DNA from: Rhodosorus marinus CCMP1338 | Taxonomy: Eukaryota; Plantae; Rhodophyta | NCBI GenBank assembly: GCA_029953675.1 | Contig: JAMWBK010000009.1 | Coordinates: forward strand, 1,426,001 to 1,490,000 | Direction: 5' to 3' | DNA length: 64,000 nt | Shown: positions 62,447 through 64,000 of the stretch, piece by piece | Layout: every line of letters begins with the position of its first letter | How positions within the stretch are numbered: the first letter of the stretch is position 1 | The notes under the pieces: generated by a model | The model's input: only the letters and a program-made list of their open reading frames with translations | Told to the model about the DNA's origin: nothing | Databases searched by the model: none | Made by a program: the position numbers and the translations under genes

Positions 62447-64000
62447 CTATCCGACGTATCGTACAGCTCCGTTGACTTTCTTCAGGAGGACTTTGTTGTT
62501 GCTTCTCATTCTGATAGTCAAGTGCAGATCGTATACGGTACCCCTTCTAAGTCCGCCGCCGTTGACAAAAACTTGGTCAAAACCTTCCTCCTTGGTGGCT
62601 GGTTTCTGCCGAACGAGTACCGGGTTAGTGGTTGTCCCTCTCTTGTAGATAGTCAGCCTAATGGCAACCCTTCCTGGAATATTTGTGCTGTACTTGTACT
62701 TCACAATATTGGACAGCGTCCTCAGACGAGGGAGAAAGACTACTGTAGTCTTTGGCCTCCAAATCTTGAACAGTTGAAGTGCGCCATCATTCAAACCAGT
62801 GTCATTCGTGTTTCCCTCGTTGCTGTCGATGTCGGCTCTCGGCGCTCCGACCACAAGCCAGTTTTTATTCGCAGCCATCGTGACACCCAAGTTGTCACCA
62901 GCGTGCGGGAACTGCATCCTTTCCTTCTGAGACTCGATCCACCTGCCCTGAGCATTCTCGCGGAAAATGTATACCGCACCGGCTTCAGCCGCTGTGCCGA
63001 AGGAATGCTTGTAGGCAGTGATTGCAAGGAAATCCGGTCCGATGACGTTCTTGTACCCGAATCTGTCCTGGGCAGCTCCATCAACCGATCCCAGTCTCTG
63101 GAAGAACTGCCATTTCTGGTTCATATACCGGTAAATGTATGTCGCACCCTGGTTCACATCATTGGGTCCTGGGCCCCTGTCAGCACCAACAAGGAGCAAT
63201 TGGCCGTTTGGAGAGATCGCATTCGATGTTCCAAAGTTGTCGTTGGTGAAGCTCTCCGGTCGCGTGAGCCTAGCCTCTCGGACGTACTTGTCCGTTGCAA
63301 CGTTCTTTCTGTAGATATAAACTGCACCAGTGTTGGTGGGAGTTCCACTCTCGGCGAAAGGAGCTCCAACGACCAGTACTCCAGCGGCATAGCGGAGATC
63401 GTCTCCAAACTGATCGTACTCGTTCTGACCACGCATGATCTGTTTACGCACCCAATTTCCACCTGATCCGCCATAGATATATACTGCTCCGTTTTTGCGG
63501 CTTGCACTCTCCTCAGTTAGACCCTGTTCAGCACAAACCATAGCCTCGTCCTCCCCAAGCGTCACTGCATATCCAAAAGCATCATTCTGCTGGACATCTA
63601 TGCCAACCCATGACTTGACTTGAGTCCACCTCCCATCGGTATATTTCTCAAAGAGGTAAGCCTTTCCTCGTTTCACCCCCTTAATTTTCTTGAATGCAGC
63701 ACCAACAATGATGCGGTTTCCGCGGATGTCAGCCTGCCATCCGAAATTATCTCCAGGCCTACCATCCGGAGCACTAAGCTTCTGTTTCAACATCCAGGCA
63801 CCGTTGACAATCTCATAAACCCTCACCGCTCCAACAAAATTATTGTCCCCATAGTAGGCGGCGACCATGGAGTTCTGCCATATCGACACATATGCTCCGA
63901 AAAAAGAGGTTTCAGGTACCTCCTCAAACAGCCTAAGGACCCCTCTCCGGCGAACATCAGTTAAGCCCACGGATAGGCCGATGAAGAGCACGAAGCTCAA
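62447..64000 (-). CDS. Probably secreted FG-GAP (integrin-alpha-type) beta-propeller protein with an extra C-terminal domain; 5' end beyond the window
   Basis: Uninterrupted frame of at least 517 codons. About seven repeats of the form GAVYIY...W...L...D.FG......L.VGA. A hydrophobic stretch at the window edge is consistent with a signal peptide. Confidence 0.9.
   Translation of the reverse strand: MSFVLFIGLSVGLTDVRRRGVLRLFEEVPETSFFGAYVSIWQNSMVAAYYGDNNFVGAVRVYEIVNGAWMLKQKLSAPDGRPGDNFGWQADIRGNRIIVGAAFKKIKGVKRGKAYLFEKYTDGRWTQVKSWVGIDVQQNDAFGYAVTLGEDEAMVCAEQGLTEESASRKNGAVYIYGGSGGNWVRKQIMRGQNEYDQFGDDLRYAAGVLVVGAPFAESGTPTNTGAVYIYRKNVATDKYVREARLTRPESFTNDNFGTSNAISPNGQLLLVGADRGPGPNDVNQGATYIYRYMNQKWQFFQRLGSVDGAAQDRFGYKNVIGPDFLAITAYKHSFGTAAEAGAVYIFRENAQGRWIESQKERMQFPHAGDNLGVTMAANKNWLVVGAPRADIDSNEGNTNDTGLNDGALQLFKIWRPKTTVVFLPRLRTLSNIVKYKYSTNIPGRVAIRLTIYKRGTTTNPVLVRQKPATKEEGFDQVFVNGGGLRRGTVYDLHLTIRMRSNNKVLLKKVNGAVRYVG

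Noticed and set aside
1-64000. Transposable elements, tRNA, rRNA, snRNA or an alternative genetic code
   Set aside because: No transposase, RT or integrase motifs, TIRs or LTRs, and no RNA-gene signatures were seen. Stops inside known genes are all explained by introns.

Overview
Gene-dense eukaryotic nuclear DNA with many short spliceosomal introns, mostly about 70-135 nt, GT-AG. It is most likely a red alga or related archaeplastid; this is inferred from MxxAFV-type plastid transit peptides and a nuclear-encoded PSRP1. Recognisable genes in order: TBC1D12/14-like RabGAP (+), Vps20/CHMP6 (+), FANCD2 (-), pantothenate synthetase (-), plastid PSRP1/HPF (+), TBC1D23-like (+), MPP-alpha (-), FtsX/MacB-type permease (+), SLU7 (-), a small putative plastid membrane protein (+), a RhoGAP-fold protein (+), Tousled-like kinase (+), Ctr copper transporter (+), adenylate kinase (-), a small C2H2 zinc finger (+), AFG2/SPATA5-family AAA (-), SnRK2-like kinase (-), APE2 (+) and an FG-GAP propeller protein (-, truncated by the window end). 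Between them lie a deleted pseudogene copy of the FG-GAP gene, two decayed tandem duplications, and a 45/46-nt tandem array at the tail of an orphan gene, with an exact 25-nt inverted copy 25 kb away. Several other gaps probably hold unidentified multi-exon genes. I found no rRNA, tRNA, CRISPR array or intact transposon. I cannot claim a complete new system. The best leads are the repeat array and its orphan gene, a RhoGAP lacking its arginine finger, a TBC1D23 that keeps its catalytic fingers, and a Vps20 with a repeated C-terminal motif. Exon boundaries were read by eye and family assignments come from remembered motifs, not database searches.
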